Shown piece after piece: positions 1 to 13,091 of a stretch of 64,000 nucleotides of DNA (position 1 is the stretch's first letter; the number at the start of each line of letters is the position of its first letter). The notes beneath the pieces were generated by a model. It was not told where the DNA came from and did no database searches. It saw only the letters and a program-made list of their open reading frames with translations. The position numbers were made by a program, and so were the translations under genes. Source of the stretch: Felis catus (Eukaryota). The stretch lies in the NCBI RefSeq assembly GCF_018350175.1, contig NC_058374.1, forward strand, positions 141,856,001 through 141,920,000, given 5' to 3'.

Positions 1-749
1 GTGACATGGGGGAGGGAGCTGAGCACACTGGGGGCTGACCAGAGCATGAGAAGTGGGGGCTGAGGACAGAGTCCGGGCCGGCTGGGCTACAAGTTCTCAT
101 GGAGGGCGGGGACCTCCTGACTGACCACAGAACCCCAAACAGAAACCTGAGTGTTGTCCTCAATACCTGCTTCCACATTTGTCTTCCTGGGTGGTCAGAT
201 GCATTCTCCCTCCTCTGCCCTTGACCCAGGGCCTCCTCCTTTCTTTCCCCACCCACACCCTGTGCCACTCTGCCCGAGGTGTGATGGGTTTTCGTTCTGC
301 TGAATGCTACTCAACACCTCCCTGACCTGGTGCCTGTGGTGCCCGCCCTGCCCCTCCTTCCTTCACCCCTGCCCAAGGGAGGTCCAGGGCTCTGACCCTT
401 CAGCCGTTCCCTGAGATGAGGAAGCAGGACAAGCAAAGAAAGCAGGGCCCAGGTTCTGGTGAGTTCTCGGGCCCTTGGATGCCTCCAGGCCCTACATTGT
501 GCCACTGGCCTTGCAGACTTGATGCGTGGAGCGGATAGGTCGGCCAGGCCGTGCCCGAGCGTGTGCTTATGTCTGTTTCACAGAGGGGAACGTTGAGGGC
601 GGGAGAATGAAGGCATCCACAAAGCCAGGCCAGCTATCAGCTGGACAGCACGAGCTGTGTCCACTACCAGAGGTAGGGGAAGGTCCGCTGTCCTCAGGAC
701 TCCAAAGTGGGAAGAAAACATCCGACGCGTGGTCAAACTTAGAGACACC

Positions 750-755
750 TTTATT
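750..755 (-). terminator. Probable LMF2 polyadenylation signal (AATAAA)
   Basis: tttatt on + strand, about 430 nt downstream of the LMF2 stop. Confidence 0.7.
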
Positions 756-1187
756 GGTTCCTGGACCCAAATGGCAGGAGTCTCAGGACTGTCTTCCCTC
801 TCCCTCGATGCCCCAGCAAGTCAGCCTCAGACCCTCCGGCGCAGGAGCTGTGGCTGGGGCATCAGGCTTGGATCCCTACATAGGGAAAGGGCTTCCCCAG
901 CCCTGGTACAATGTCCCGGCAAAGACCTTGAGCTGGGTCACATGCCTGCCTCGTGGGTCAAGGCCAGGAGATGGCGTGGGGAGGGCACGGTTGGTGTGTG
1001 TCTGGGGAGTGGGCCCTCCGCACAGCAGGGAAGCCAGAGCACCCCCCCCCCCCGGAGGATGGCACCCCATCCTGCATCTGTCACGGCAGTTGGCTAAGGC
1101 ACGCTGGCTGGATCACGTCCTGCGGCAGAAGGCCAGGGACGTGCTGGGGACCCTGACCCTCTCCAGACGTGTGGCTGACAGATGCAG

Positions 1188-4100
1188 CTATTTTTTCCTC
1201 CCTGGAGACTGGGAACTGCTCGTACAGTTGTCAGGGGCTGGGGCAGCTCGTTTGGTGGCAGCTCCAGAGTCCTTCTTCGGGGCCGGCCTGTGCTTCTCCT
1301 CCTTCCCCGGAGGGGAAGACCGGGGGGAATGAGGCCTTGAATGCAGGGCCTGCACGACCCTGATGGCCCCCACTGCGGCGAGGAGCCCCCAGAGCAGGGT
1401 GGAAGGCTCCAGGGGAGACAGCTGTCTCCGGACCCAGTGGAGGGCCTGGGCCAGGGTGTTGCTGGAGCTGCGGGCTCGGGGTGGGCTCTTGTCCTGTGGG
1501 TGTAGGATTGAGGAAGGTCCGTGGGGACCACTCCTGTGGGGGAGGGTCACCCCTGCCACTTCCCCCTCCCTAACGCCTTCCCACCTGAAGGCCAAACTGT
1601 CTGAGCAGCATGTCCAGCGTTGGGTCCCCCAAGGACACTGGTGGGAAGAATTCCTCTACCCACTGGCGTCGCCACCACTGGCTGCAACAGGGCGGGATGT
1701 TCAGGGGCTGCCTGAGCTCAGGCCCCAGCTTCCCACTGGGCACCCTGGCCTTACCTCTGCTCCCCAGGATGTGAGAACCAGTACTTGTAGCGCTGGGCCC
1801 GCAAGTAGGTGGGTGGCTGCTTGTGGAAGGGGTACTTAGTCACGTCGTTCTGGATGAGGCGGATCACTGCCAGGGAGTGGGCTCAGCACAGCCAATGTTC
1901 TCTCGGCCCCACCCTCCCCTTCACACACACCCTGCCCCCACCAGACCCTACCCTTCCCACGAGCCACCCCCAACTCCCCACGGGGTCTCACCAGGCTCCT
2001 TGCCCTGCAGCAGGCGCAGGACCAGGCCCGTGAACCAGGGGCTGTGAGAGTGTGGGCCCAAGGCTGCGAACCACATCTGCCAGTCGAGGCGGGGCTGGTG
2101 GGGTGCCACGATGGGGGGTGGCCGGCTCACGTTCCCGGGCTTGTACATGAACTCGATCTCCTGCCCGGCAGAGCAGGTTAACACAACTCGCTGGACTGGA
2201 TGGACCCTCCCCCTGCCCTCTGCAGGTCCCTCCCTGCCTCGTGGGGCCCGCGGGAGCATTTACCACCCAGCGGTGCCCGTCATAGCTGCCCTCCAGCACC
2301 ACTTCGGGCCGCCCACCCAGACCGGTCATCCGGCGGAAGAGGCCGTAGGAGTTAGCCAGCTGTAGGTGCTCTACGGTGCCGAACAGGCGGTGGGCCCCAG
2401 TCCAGAGTCGCCCGTGGGTTGAGGGTTCCACGTAGGAGTATGGCACCTAGAGGCAGGTGGGCGAGGCTCAGTGCTGCCCCTCCGGACCCCACCCTCCTCC
2501 CCGAGTGCTACCCACCAGGCTGATCACAAACAAGGCCACCGTGGCAGTGCCGAAGATGAGCAGCTGGACTGCAGTGCAGAGCCTCCTCGGCCACCCTCGC
2601 ACCTGGGTCCACCTGGGGGGCGGGGGACCCGAGTGCTGTCAGGCCTGCCCTGCGCGGCTCTGCCCCACCCCCTCGGGCCACGTACCTCCAGAGGGCAGTC
2701 AGCAGTTCCCAGGTGAGGGAGGCCACCCCCAGCCACATGGTGGGCAGGGTCACCATTTTCAGCCACTGGGAAAACTGGTGGAAGGTGAAAGCTGCAGAGG
2801 GAAAGGGGTGTGAGGAGGGACGGTCCAGCTCTGCCCTCTGGTCCCCCCAGCTGGCACTCACTGGTTCTGGAGTGGACAGCATGCTGCTCCCAGTCGACTT
2901 CCAGGCCGAAGTAGTGCACGGTACCATAGGCTAGCAGCCCGTAGATGGTGAATTCCAAGAGCAGAGACAGCACAGCCAGCAGCGTCCTGGGCCAGGCTGT
3001 TGAGCAAGACAGTCAGAGTCTTGGGCTGGGGCGGAACTAGAGCAGGGGTCACTTGGGGGGTGGTGGAGGGAAAGAAACTTGCTGGTGGGTGGTTGGGCTG
3101 AGAGTGTCTGGCCGTCTGGGACAAGCTGACACTCACAACTGGCTGTCTTTTTGCAGTGGCTGTTGCCAGGTGTAGCAGTCAGGTGCCCATCATCCAGAAG
3201 AGCGGTGGTGAGCACCAGCGTGAGCAGGTTGAAGAAGTTATAGTTGCCAGTGATGATAATGAGGACTTGCAGCAAAACCTGGGGGAGGGTTTGCACTGAG
3301 AGTTCCTGAGGCCCACCCCCTTCCTGGCCCTTCAGAGCCTGCTTCAAGCCCCGCGGCACCCTGTGCCTAGGTCTCTCCTGCAGGCATCCCACCCCCTCAT
3401 CATCCCCGGGCCTGTGTTATGTTCTCACTCCACTGTCCTCTACCCCCTGCTCATACCTTCCATGGCTCCCACCACCTGGAAGAAACCCCAGCTCAGCATG
3501 CCTCGTGCAGCCCCTCTGCACCTGCCTCTGCTGACCTCACTGGCGTCTTCTAGGGACGCCACAGCCTTGCCCCACACGCATGCCTTTACATCCTGGATGA
3601 GCCTGTCCCTCCACCCACCGGGCCTTCCGGACTGCTTGCAACAGCCACCCGATCCCAATGGGACCCGCTGGGCAGTGCTGAAGAAGGCCACATCCTACTT
3701 TCCTGACGGCTGAGGTCCCCACCCACCTGAGAGTAGAAAGCTGCCAAACGCAGGCGGCGAACAGGGGCGAAGAACAGGGGGGGCACTGCGATCTCAATGA
3801 GGAAGGTGGCCACCACACATAGTTTGTGCAGCCAGACGGGCAGGTGGTGGGTGAACCAGGAGGCAGGTGTGGGCAGGCACTGTGTCTCGTAGTGGTAGGT
3901 GAGTGCTGCAGGTGATAAATGGGTGGTCAGGGCTGGGCAGAACCCCCAAGACTGCCCCAAAGTCCAGGATAGGACCCTCACCAGTAAGCCCCCACCAAGC
4001 GGGGCAACGGCTGGTGAGCTTGACCACACCCGAGGCAAACATGAGGCGAAACAGCAGCCAGCGGACCAGCCAGAAGGGGAGGTCTTCGTGGGGCAAGGCC

Positions 4101-5377
4101 CCTGCCAGCCCGCCCTGGGGGGCCTGCTTATGGTGGTGGCGCGGTCTCAGGGGGGCCACCAGCACGGCCAGGAAGCCAGTCTCCAGCAGCAGGGAATCCC
4201 TATGGGAAGAAGGAACAGCACAAAGGGCCCCTCCCCATCAAGGCTGTTCCCCTCAGAGGGTCCTCCCTGGAGAGGCAAACATATCCTGCTCCACCCCATC
4301 CCCTGCAGCCCCACACCCAGGAGTCACTCACCACTGGAAATAAAGAAACACCTGGCCCACCTGCAGGGAGAAGGGTTGTCAGGGAGGCGCGGGGGGGGGG
4401 GGGGGCTGGTGTCTGCAGAGGCAGGCAAGGCAGAGACAGGGGTGAGCGGGAGGGTGGACAGGGCTGGAGAGAGTTGGTGACATGGGTCCCAGTGGTGCGG
4501 GGGGGGGGGGGGGAGCGGGCAGCAGGCAGCCCCCACTTGCCTGGTAGGCCGACAGGTAGGCAGCCCAGAGCAGCAGGTAGACGAGGAGGGTGCGCAGCTG
4601 GCGCAGCAGCAGCGCACCCAGGGCCAGCAGGGTGCCCAGCAGGCTCAGCAGCTCCAGGCCCTGCGTGGTGTCTAGCCCGAGCTGCGGAGCCTCCCACAGC
4701 AGGGTCGGGGTCTCCCACAGCTGCTGCCAGCGCCCCTTGCCCTGTGGCCTCAGCGTCTTCCGCGCAGGTAGGATGCCCTCGGCACCATACAGGCCTGTGG
4801 GAGTGCACATCAGGGCCAGGGCCCGGACACTGTCCCCCAAGGCTAGACACCCCCCACCAGTCTGGGCCCACAGGACCCACCCCTTCCCCCAACCTAGGTC
4901 AGGACCTGGAGACTCTTGCAACCGGGTGAGAACCTGATCTCCAGCCCCTCCCAGATCAGGCCCCAGAAAGTCTACCGGAATTCCCAAGTCAGGACCTCCC
5001 GCCCAACGGAGAGAGTTCTCCTCTCTTCCAGGTCATATCTCCTAACTGCCCCACCAGGTCTGCGCCCACCCCCCTCAGAATTCTGCCCCGGCGCCAAGTC
5101 AGAACCTGCACACCCTCAAACGTCCCCAAGCCCCCCCGCGGCCCGCAGGACATGAACCGAAGCCCCTACCCCAGGCACCGAGGCCTGGACGTTACTCCCT
5201 CCCCCAGTCAGCGGAGTGTCGGGCGGAGAGAGGAGGGGACGCAGGGCGCGGGCCGGGAGGTGTCCCACCCTCGGCGCCCTCACCCGGGATCTGCGTGTAG
5301 AGGGACGCGAACGCGAACATGAAGACGGCGGCCACGCCCTGAAGGAAGAGCTGTCGCGGGAGCCGGGAGCCCGCCAT
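1188..5377 (-). CDS. LMF2: Lipase maturation factor 2, 14 coding exons, 706 aa
   Basis: Exons (minus): 5284-5377, 4541-4794, 4332-4360, 3982-4199, 3727-3905, 3137-3278, 2862-2996, 2686-2791, 2516-2612, 2264-2446, 1992-2160, 1755-1866, 1585-1681, 1188-1493. Total 2121 nt with consistent phases. Starts [32 protein letters not shown]; contains LMF-family motifs [53 protein letters not shown]. Intron 2 has a GC donor. Confidence 0.96.
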
Positions 5378-5779
5378 GTCCGCTACGCGGCCGGCCGGAG
5401 AACAGCCCTCGGGCACGCCCGGCCCCGCTCCGCCCCGCCCCGCCGGCCCCGCCCCGCCGGCCCCGCCCCGCCGGCCCCGCCCCGCCGGCCCCGCCCCGCC
5501 GGCCCCGCCCCGCCGGCCCCGCCCCGCCGACCCCGCCCCGCCGACCCCGCCTCCAGCACCAACTGCGGCCCTTCCGGCGCGCTCCTGCAGCGCGGCGTCG
5601 GGGTTCGCTCTCGCCCGCTGCGGCCGCGTGCGTCATAGATGTGCGCGCGGCGTCACGCGCTACGTCCTTACCCTGGGCGGGAACAGCAAAATGGCGCCAG
5701 AACTAGTGGCGGGCTGAGGACGCTGGCTCCCCTCGAAGACGGCCCTGCGGTCCCCGGGCCGCCCCGGCCCCTTCCGGAC
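5378..5779. promoter_or_regulatory. Bidirectional CpG-island promoter shared by LMF2 and NCAPH2
   Basis: 402 bp between divergent ATGs; very GC/CpG rich; many GGGGCGGGG GC boxes; YY1-type CAAAATGGCG at 5687-5696; CGTCA half-sites near 5631 and 5651. Confidence 0.88.
5433..5544. repeat. 14-bp minisatellite (CCCCGCCCCGCCGG) x8
   Basis: Six perfect copies at 5433-5516 plus two copies ending in A (5517-5544). Confidence 0.95.
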
Positions 5780-8455
5780 ATGGAGGACGTGGAGGCGCGC
5801 TTCGCCCATCTACTGCAGCCCATCCGCGACCTCACTAAGAACTGGGAGGTGGACGTGGCGGCCCAGCTGGGAGAATATCTAGAGGAGGTGAGTGCCGTCC
5901 CGGGGAGTGGCGCGGGGCGGGGCGGCGGGCGGGGGGCTGCTGGGCGGCCCCGCCCCGCCTCCTCGTCTGTGTCCGTCTGGCGCTGTCTTCAGGCTCGTTT
6001 CTTTTTTTCCAAATCCATCTCTGCCTCTGGAAGTCATCCCTTATTAAATTAGCCTGGAGTTGTCATCACAGGTCGCTACCTGTTCCAGAGCCGTGAAATG
6101 GATTTCATGGGTGGTGACAAGCATTTTTCTGTAATGTAACAGAATAGACTAGAATTTATGTGCGTGTTTGGGTATTTGAGACAGCTGGATCACGGTGAAA
6201 GAGAGTTTCTTATCTTGGGTTCTGAAACCAGTTTCAAGCTACTGTCATGTTCTACTCGTCAGCATTTGGTCTTTATTTACTTGACAGCCGAGTCTAGTCC
6301 TTGTTAATGTGCTGTCTGCTCCATTTCTGTACTTCGCTTTCACATTGCAGCTCACTTGGACTGCGATCAACAGTGACGTCTATCCTGGCAAATTCAAGGG
6401 ACGCTAGAAGTGTCACCTTATTCAGTTCAGCAGCATTTGTTGGGCTGACCACTCCTTTTTGGATACAGGTTTACGTGCTCTGATTTTTTCTCCCCATGTT
6501 ATTTGCTTACTATTTCTTTGCTATCCAATCTCTTAAGTGTTTAGCGTCTCTGGGCGGGGCCTGGGCCATCTTCTGTATCTCCCTTAAATAATCTCACTTG
6601 TTTCCCTGATTTTAAATATCACCTGTATGAGGACAACTCTCAGATTTATGTCTTCATCCCAGATCTTTTTTCTTTCTTTCTTTTTTTTTCTTTTTAGACA
6701 GCACGAGGTGGGGGGAAAAGCAGAGGGGGAGAGAGAAAGAGAAAGAGAAAGAATGTTAGGCAGGCTCCACACTCAGCATGGAGCCTGACTTTTTGCTCAG
6801 TCACACGACCCTGGGATTATGCCATGAGATGCTCAACCAACTGAGCCCCCCCTGGCCCCCCAGCAGATCTTTTTTTCTGAATTTATTTTGTATATCCAGC
6901 TGCTTACCTTTGACATTCCTCTTAGACATTCCACAGAAGCATCTCAGTTTTTTTTTTTTTTTTTTTTTTTTTAATGTTTACTTATTTTGAGAGCAGGGTA
7001 GGGGCAGAGAGAGAGGGAGAGAGAACCCAAGCAGGCTCTGTGCTGTCGGTGCAGAGCACCATTTGGGGCTCAAACTCAGGAACTGGGAGATCATGACCTG
7101 AACTGAAACTGAGAGTCAGACACTTAACTGAGCCACCCAGGTACCCCAAGCATCTCAAATTTAATACATTAAAGTGGAGCTTTATATTTTTTTGCCCTAA
7201 TCTCGGTCTTCCTGATCTTGCTAAATAGCACTACTGTTCAACTAAAGGTGAGAACTAAAAGCTGTTTTAGTGAAACTCGGTGAATTCTGTCAGTTGCACC
7301 ACCAGAATTTCCCTTGAATTCATCTGTTTTCTACCTGGCTCAGATTCATGTAAAACCTTCCTTCCTAGGCTCTGTAACAGCTTTTTTTGGCCCCATCCGA
7401 TTCACCCTCCATCCAGTAGCAAGTGTGACTGCAGTGGCGCCTCAGAGGCTTCTGTGCTAAGACTAAAGCGCAAACCTCCTTTTCCGAATCTGGCCTTGCT
7501 GACTGTTGTAGCCTCATCTTGAGCTCCTCTCCACCTGTTCTTTAGAGCCAATCAACCTACAACACTGGGGCTTATTTATTTATTTTTAAGTTTATTTATT
7601 TAATTTGAGATAGAGAACCAGCAGGGAAGGGGCAGAGAGAGAGGGCCACTGAGGATCCGAAGCAGGCTCTGTGCTAACAGCAGACACTCAACCGACTGAG
7701 CCGGCCAGGTGCCCTCCCCTCCTTTTTTTTTAATAAGGAACTTTATTTATTTTATTATTATTTTTTAGTTATCTCTACACCAAACCTGGGCTCAATCTCA
7801 GGACCCTGAGATCAGGAGTTGCATGCTCTACCGACTGAGCCAGCTGGGTGCCCCTGGAGCTCATTCCTGACTGAGGGTCTTTGTATTTTCTGTTCCCACT
7901 GGGGAATATTCTTCACCCATTTATTTTTATGATTAACCACCTCTTATCCTCTATGTCTCAGGTTAAACGTCAGGTGAGCAGCCTGTTTAAGATAGTTGTC
8001 ACAGTACCTTATGTTCTTTAGGATGTTTATCACAAGCTCTTCTTTAACTTGTTCACTTGTTTAACTCTGCTAGGGCAGGAATCATGTGTATACTCTGTTC
8101 CCTTTGCATAATAATAATAGAATGCCCGGCATATAGTAGGGGGCATTGCATATAGTAGGGGGCATAGAATAAGTGTTTGTTGGATGAATACTTGATCTAC
8201 TGATCTACCGTCTCAGCTTGGACACCTGGACTGCTGAGAAAATGCAGAGAATTGTGCTGGGTGGGGCTACTGTGAATTCAGGTTTCCACATTGGTCAGGG
8301 TGCCTGGGGATGCTTGGTAGATCTACTTCCTGGCTTGGTCAGCTCCCTTCCTGCTTTTGTTTGCTGTTCCAGACCTTCTCTGCCCTTTAAAGTCCTGATT
8401 CCCTGCTTCTCGTTTTGTCTTTCTCCTCTTTTCCTTTTCCATGCAGCTACCAGAA

Positions 8456-8494
<39 letters not shown>

Positions 8495-11400
8495 ACATCT
8501 TATCACGTTGCCACTCTCGCAGAGCACCATTTGGGGCTCGAACTCAGGAACTGGGAGATCATGACCTGAACTGAAACTGAGAGTCGGACACTTAACTAAC
8601 TGAGCCACCCAGGCTCTTTCATCCATTTATTTTTTTGTTTGTTGTTGTTGAGTGTCTGCTGTATGCCAAGAATCGTGTGAAATCCTAAGAAAATAGTGGC
8701 AAGCAAACAGTAGTCCCTGCTTCACCCTTGTAGGAGAACGGATCCTGAGGAAGTAACGACATAGGGTCGTTGGAACAGGTATTAGTTCTACAGGGAGGTT
8801 AAGAGATAGGCTCACAGTCCTAATAGGTGGCAGAGCAGAGGCCACTGTCCTCGTCACTGTGTCTTTGTGCAATCACAAACATGAGAGGTTCAAAAGAAAA
8901 GTTGAGGGCTCCACGAAGAGTTTATGTGGGGGACTGAACTTTGGGATGAAAGGAGTTGCCTAGTCCAAATGAGCTGAAGAATGTTCCACGTGGAGAGAAG
9001 ATAGGTTCCGAGGTTGTGAGGTGGGAAAGTGCTTGGCTCCATGGGGGACCTGGAAAGGTAGCCCTGTGTGACTGCCGTGCAGCGAGTAGGGGAGGGTGGG
9101 TAGCTGCAGAGGGAAGCTGGTCAGCCTGCGAGGCTCTGTTTGCGATTTGGGTTTTTTCCCTGAGAGTGACAGAAAGCCATTAGGGTTCTGAGTGGAGTGA
9201 GGTGATTCTGCCTTGTGTCTGCAGACAAGCGCTGGCTTGTCAAGAGTAGGCTGGAAGGGAGTGAAGGCGGGGGAGAGCCCAGTTAGTGCCGAGGGCCGGG
9301 CAAGAGGTGGGGCCGGCTGAGCAAGAGCCACAGCCACTGTGGAGAGGAGCAGACAGTTTAGTCGAAGTGGAGCATGGAATTGGCAGGGAACTTGGCATAG
9401 GTTGAATGGGGAAAATGAGAGAAGACAGGAAGGAGCTGAGACTTGCGGGTTTTTGGACGGGTGGTTGGGGGGGGTGGATATCGAGAGCTCAGTGTGGGCC
9501 CGTCCAATACAAATTTTGGTTAAGACATCCAAATGGTGTTTGAAGAAGGCAGCTGGACATACAGATTTAGGCTTAGATGGGAGGTTCAATCTGGAGCATG
9601 CATTTGGGAGTTGTTAGAAGGTGGATGGAGTGTGAGGTCCTGGGAGTGGGTGAGCCAGCCTGGGCTGAGAAGAAGAGGGCCTGGGTGGCCCGGCTACCCT
9701 CTGCTTCATAGTCCCTCCTTTCAGGGAAAGCCCTTCACTTATTTCCAGAATGTTTGCACTCTGTCAGACTCTCATGTTTCACTGACCTGAAAAACTCCCT
9801 CTATCCTTCAGGAACTGGTAGAGGTGGTCCCTAGGTGGTGTCCTCCTAGACTCCCTCTCCATAGTGTCTAACGTCTGACCTTGCTCCCCGACACGCCCTG
9901 TGCTTTGGACATGTTTGCGTGATACTCATTTTCCTAAATAGTGGACTCCCGGGTCAGCTAACTGCCTTTGTGGGAGTGGTTGCTCTTCCTAAAAGGCCTC
10001 TCCTTTCGTCTGCCTGGGGAGTGTGTCTTTCAGGCTTAGCTCTGATGTCAGCACTTGGTTCGTTCATGAGACATTTACTGGACACCAGCGTCAGGCCGTG
10101 AGGTAAAGGCTGCAGTTGCCCTACAGGGAGGGAGAAGTCCCTGGCGTCTGAGCCAGGCGTCCGAGCCACACTGCTGGGTTCCCACGGGGCACAGCTGGGG
10201 GCAGGTGTCCTAGGCACGTGGAAAGCAAAGGCAGAACTTGAAAAAACATGTTGGGCTTCAAAGTGCTGTTTGCTGAGAGACGTGCAGGAGAGGGGCCAGG
10301 TTCTGGGGAGCCCTGGCTTCAGCATGGAGAGAAAAAGTTTGGGGACATTTGGATGCGTCGGGGTTGCTCTAAGCACAGTCCCGCAGCTTAGGGGAGAGTG
10401 TTGCCGCAGATGGGTCTGGGACTTGTTGGCATGTGGTCCGTGGACACTGACATTCAAGGGGTGATAGGAGCTGGGGCTCGGGAGGTTAGGGGTTGCGGAG
10501 GAAGGAGGGGGACTCACTTGTAAGTGTTTCCTTAGTTTCTGCTCAAAGGATTGAGGCCCAGAGTTTTGTCTCTGTCTTCCCCACCCCTGAGGTTCCCCTT
10601 TCCTTCTCGCAGGGTGAGGGATCTTCCCGCCCGATTCTGTCCAACTTGTGCCTTGACTTAGATGGGCTCAGTGTGGAGCATCTCCAGGGAGAGACTCCCG
10701 TGCAGCTCTGGCTGTTTGTGGCTGATACACTCCAGGGGCCTTCCTTTTCTAAACTAGTAGGTCTGAGAGGTTACAGGAGGTAGGAGAAATCACAAAGGCC
10801 CGCCTCCTCACTCCAAGCAGAGCCAGAGTGCCGGGAGGAGGCAGGGGCGCTGGGTGAGCTCTTGGGGAGAAGCGTACCCAGGTTTCGGCTTCCCAACGCC
10901 CTGGTGTTGTGTTTTGCAGCTGGACCAGATCTGCATTTCTTTTGATGAAGGAAAAACCACCATGAACTTCATTGAGGCAGCGCTGCTGATCCAGGGCTCT
11001 GCCTGTGTCTACAGTAAGAAGGTGGGCCCATCTGGCTGCTGCTCTTGCCATTGCAGCGTCGATGGGACTGAGCCTGACTGTCTTGCTGGGGCAGATGGCA
11101 GGCTCACCCCTGTCTCTTACCTTCCCCGCCAGCACCTCCTGTGTCCCTCTTCCTCAGCACCTTTTAATACAGCTTGGATTTATAATTGAACAATTATAAC
11201 TGAGGAACAGTCTTGGATTTATAACTGCAGGGCCTGCTGCTAATGCTAAACATCCAGTGGTATACAGGAGAGCCCCACGCAGCAAAGAACGATCCAGTCC
11301 AAACTGTCAGTAGTCCAATCGTCCAGAACCCCATGTAGAATAAGAGGAAAAGCAGGATGAAGCGAGCATCCTGAGAAAACCAGTGTTTAGGAAGTGCCCA

Positions 11401-13060
11401 CAAGAAGGAAAAGTGAGAGAAAGGTAAACCAAGACAGTGTCCCGGAAGACAGAGCAGTAGAGAATTTTAAGGGGGAAGAAAGAAGACCGTAAGACCCAAA
11501 ATGTTGAGTTCAGTGAATTGACCCACACCGGAAAGGTTTTCAGGTGTCCAGTGGGTATCCTGGAAGGTCACCAGGGGTTTTAGGGAGAGAAGGACCAGAC
11601 TGTGGGCCGGGGAGAGGTGTGGAGACATGGCGTGACCCCTTTGGGGGAGAGGTCACTGGAAGGGGGGACAGCGAGGAAAGCAGCAGTCCTCCGTTCAGGC
11701 TGTGGTCCATCTCATGCCCAGCTCCTGGACACGACCTGCACTGGTGAAATCAGAACTGGGCAGGGGGCAGGTATCAGTGACAGCCAGCGCTGCAGGGTGG
11801 GGGTCGGGTGGCGGATGCAACAGAATCCCAGAAGAGACAGTTGAGGAATGGGTCAGGACCATGGATCGGCAAGCCTGCCTTGAAAAAAAGAAAAGGCACC
11901 TCATCTCAGGATTCTGGAGGAGGAAGTCAGTATTGATGCACAGAAGTTGGACACAGGCATTTGGGGAGTTCCTGCCAAGGGCCCCAGTTTTCGTAATGGA
12001 GAATATAAGTCAGCTGTTAAGAATCAGCTACTACGTAGGAAATTTGGTGAAAGTTCACAATGCTTGCTGAGGGGAATGCAAACGAAAGACTGACAGAAGG
12101 CACAGACGGTCCGCGCATCTTGCTGTCTGCAGGGGCACGTTTGTGCCCTTTTCCTCCAGCAGTGCGTAGCCATCCCCTAGGGGGGAGCACGGAAGAGTGC
12201 TCGGAATTGAGCAGACTCAGCATTGGCGGTGTAGTGGGTGGGAGAAAGACAAAAGGTAAGAGTTCAGAACTGTGTTAAGGAACTTGATAATGGGGTCCAA
12301 ACTAGAGAAGGGCAGTGAGCCATCTACATTCTGTTCTAATGGCACAGGACACGGATTTATCTCTGGGCACCATAAGTTATTAAGACAGTTTAAGATTTCG
12401 CTGGTTATGTCAGATTCCTACGTCCTGTATTTGTCCTGAGAAGGAATGTCTGCAAGTGACTTTGAAAGCATAAACCGTGAGGTGACAGACGGAGAGAAGT
12501 GTGGTAAAGCAAGTGTAGTGAAACGTTGACGAAGTCTGGGAGGTGGGGGGCAGTGCGAGCTCTAGACGAGCACTGCCCAGCAGGACTTCCTGAAATGACG
12601 GACATGGTCTGGGACCTGTGCTGTCAAAGGCGGTAAGTACTTGCCACACGTGACGACGGAGGCCTTGAAAGGTGGCCGGTGTGACTGAGCAATTCTGAGT
12701 TTTACTGACTTTCAGTGAACTTGAATTTAAAATTGGTTGACTCACATGTGGCTAGTGGCAGTGAGAATCATGCATCCCTGGGTACAAATCCCAGACCTAC
12801 CCCTGATCCAGGCGACTTTCTCTCGGTTTATTCTACTATAAAACGGGAACAGCAGTGACACCTAATTCAGACAGACTAGACGGGAAGAAGCACGAACACA
12901 ATCCTGTATGTGAACAAACACTTGAAACGGGTAGTGCTTATTGGTCCTAATAAATGGGGCCCCTGTGATGAGGGGGCACCACCTCTTGTGCTCACCATTG
13001 TGTCCAGTGTCTAGTGCAGAGCCCCGTACATAAGAGAAGCGCAACGAATGTTTGTTGCAT

Positions 13061-13091
<31 letters not shown>

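Noticed and set aside
526-1332. 268-aa plus-strand ORF
   Set aside because: Antisense to the LMF2 3' UTR and last exon, GTG start, GC-rich, no recognisable domain
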